From the UHGV virus genome UHGV-1359478: 28,912 bases of DNA; one strand, 5' to 3'. This DNA comes from a virus. Positions 28,861 to 28,912 of the stretch are shown one piece after another. Every line of letters begins with the position of its first letter. Within the stretch, counting starts at the first letter, position 1. The notes beneath the pieces are model-generated. The model ran no database searches. It was not told the origin of the DNA and saw only the letters and a program-made list of their open reading frames with translations. The position numbers were made by a program, and so were the translations under genes.

Positions 28861-28912
28861 CGTCTTCTTCCTCGTACATTGAGCTATTCGGATCGCTCAT
28901 CAGTTCTGCGCA
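28853..28912 (-). CDS. 3' end of an upstream nin-region ORF (partial, runs off the window)
   Basis: Open frame ending ...MYEEEDDG with TAA overlapping the ninG start (ATGGCTAAA). Too short to assign. Confidence 0.3.
   Translation of the reverse strand, partial: CAELMSDPNSSMYEEEDDG

Overview
This window is a contiguous stretch of a lambdoid temperate phage genome, most likely from an Escherichia-type host, with nearly every gene on the minus strand. Reading in the direction of transcription (high to low coordinates): the tail of the nin region (ninG; lambda-type Ser/Thr phosphatase ninI), a QuuD/phage-21/82-type Q antiterminator, a non-coding late leader, and a lambda-like lysis cassette (S holin with dual start, R transglycosylase, Rz with embedded Rz1). 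Then comes a tightly packed morphogenesis module: small and large terminase, portal, head morphogenesis protein, a protease/scaffold-like protein, capsid genes, a contractile-tail block (sheath, tube, chaperone, tape measure, baseplate) and two tail fibers. The window ends at what reads as a lambda attP (P arm, 15-bp core, start of P' arm) with a tI/sib-like terminator; I recognise this from remembered lambda sequence, not from a search. Structural gene calls rest on gene order, size and motifs, so most are moderate confidence. The most unusual feature is a textbook Nudix hydrolase domain fused in frame to the N-terminus of the protease/scaffold-like head protein (19319..20932). Other items worth a second look: an AT-rich antisense moron encoding a small membrane protein between baseplate and fiber genes; two fibers sharing an N-terminal anchor, one with a possible SGNH-type esterase domain; a three-gene cassette between the fibers with an in-frame TGA; a ~60-aa module shared by three virion proteins; and a tRNA-like remnant in the late leader. 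No CRISPR array, reverse transcriptase, integrase or recognisable defence operon is present. There is an assembly gap (N run) at 1471..1561.
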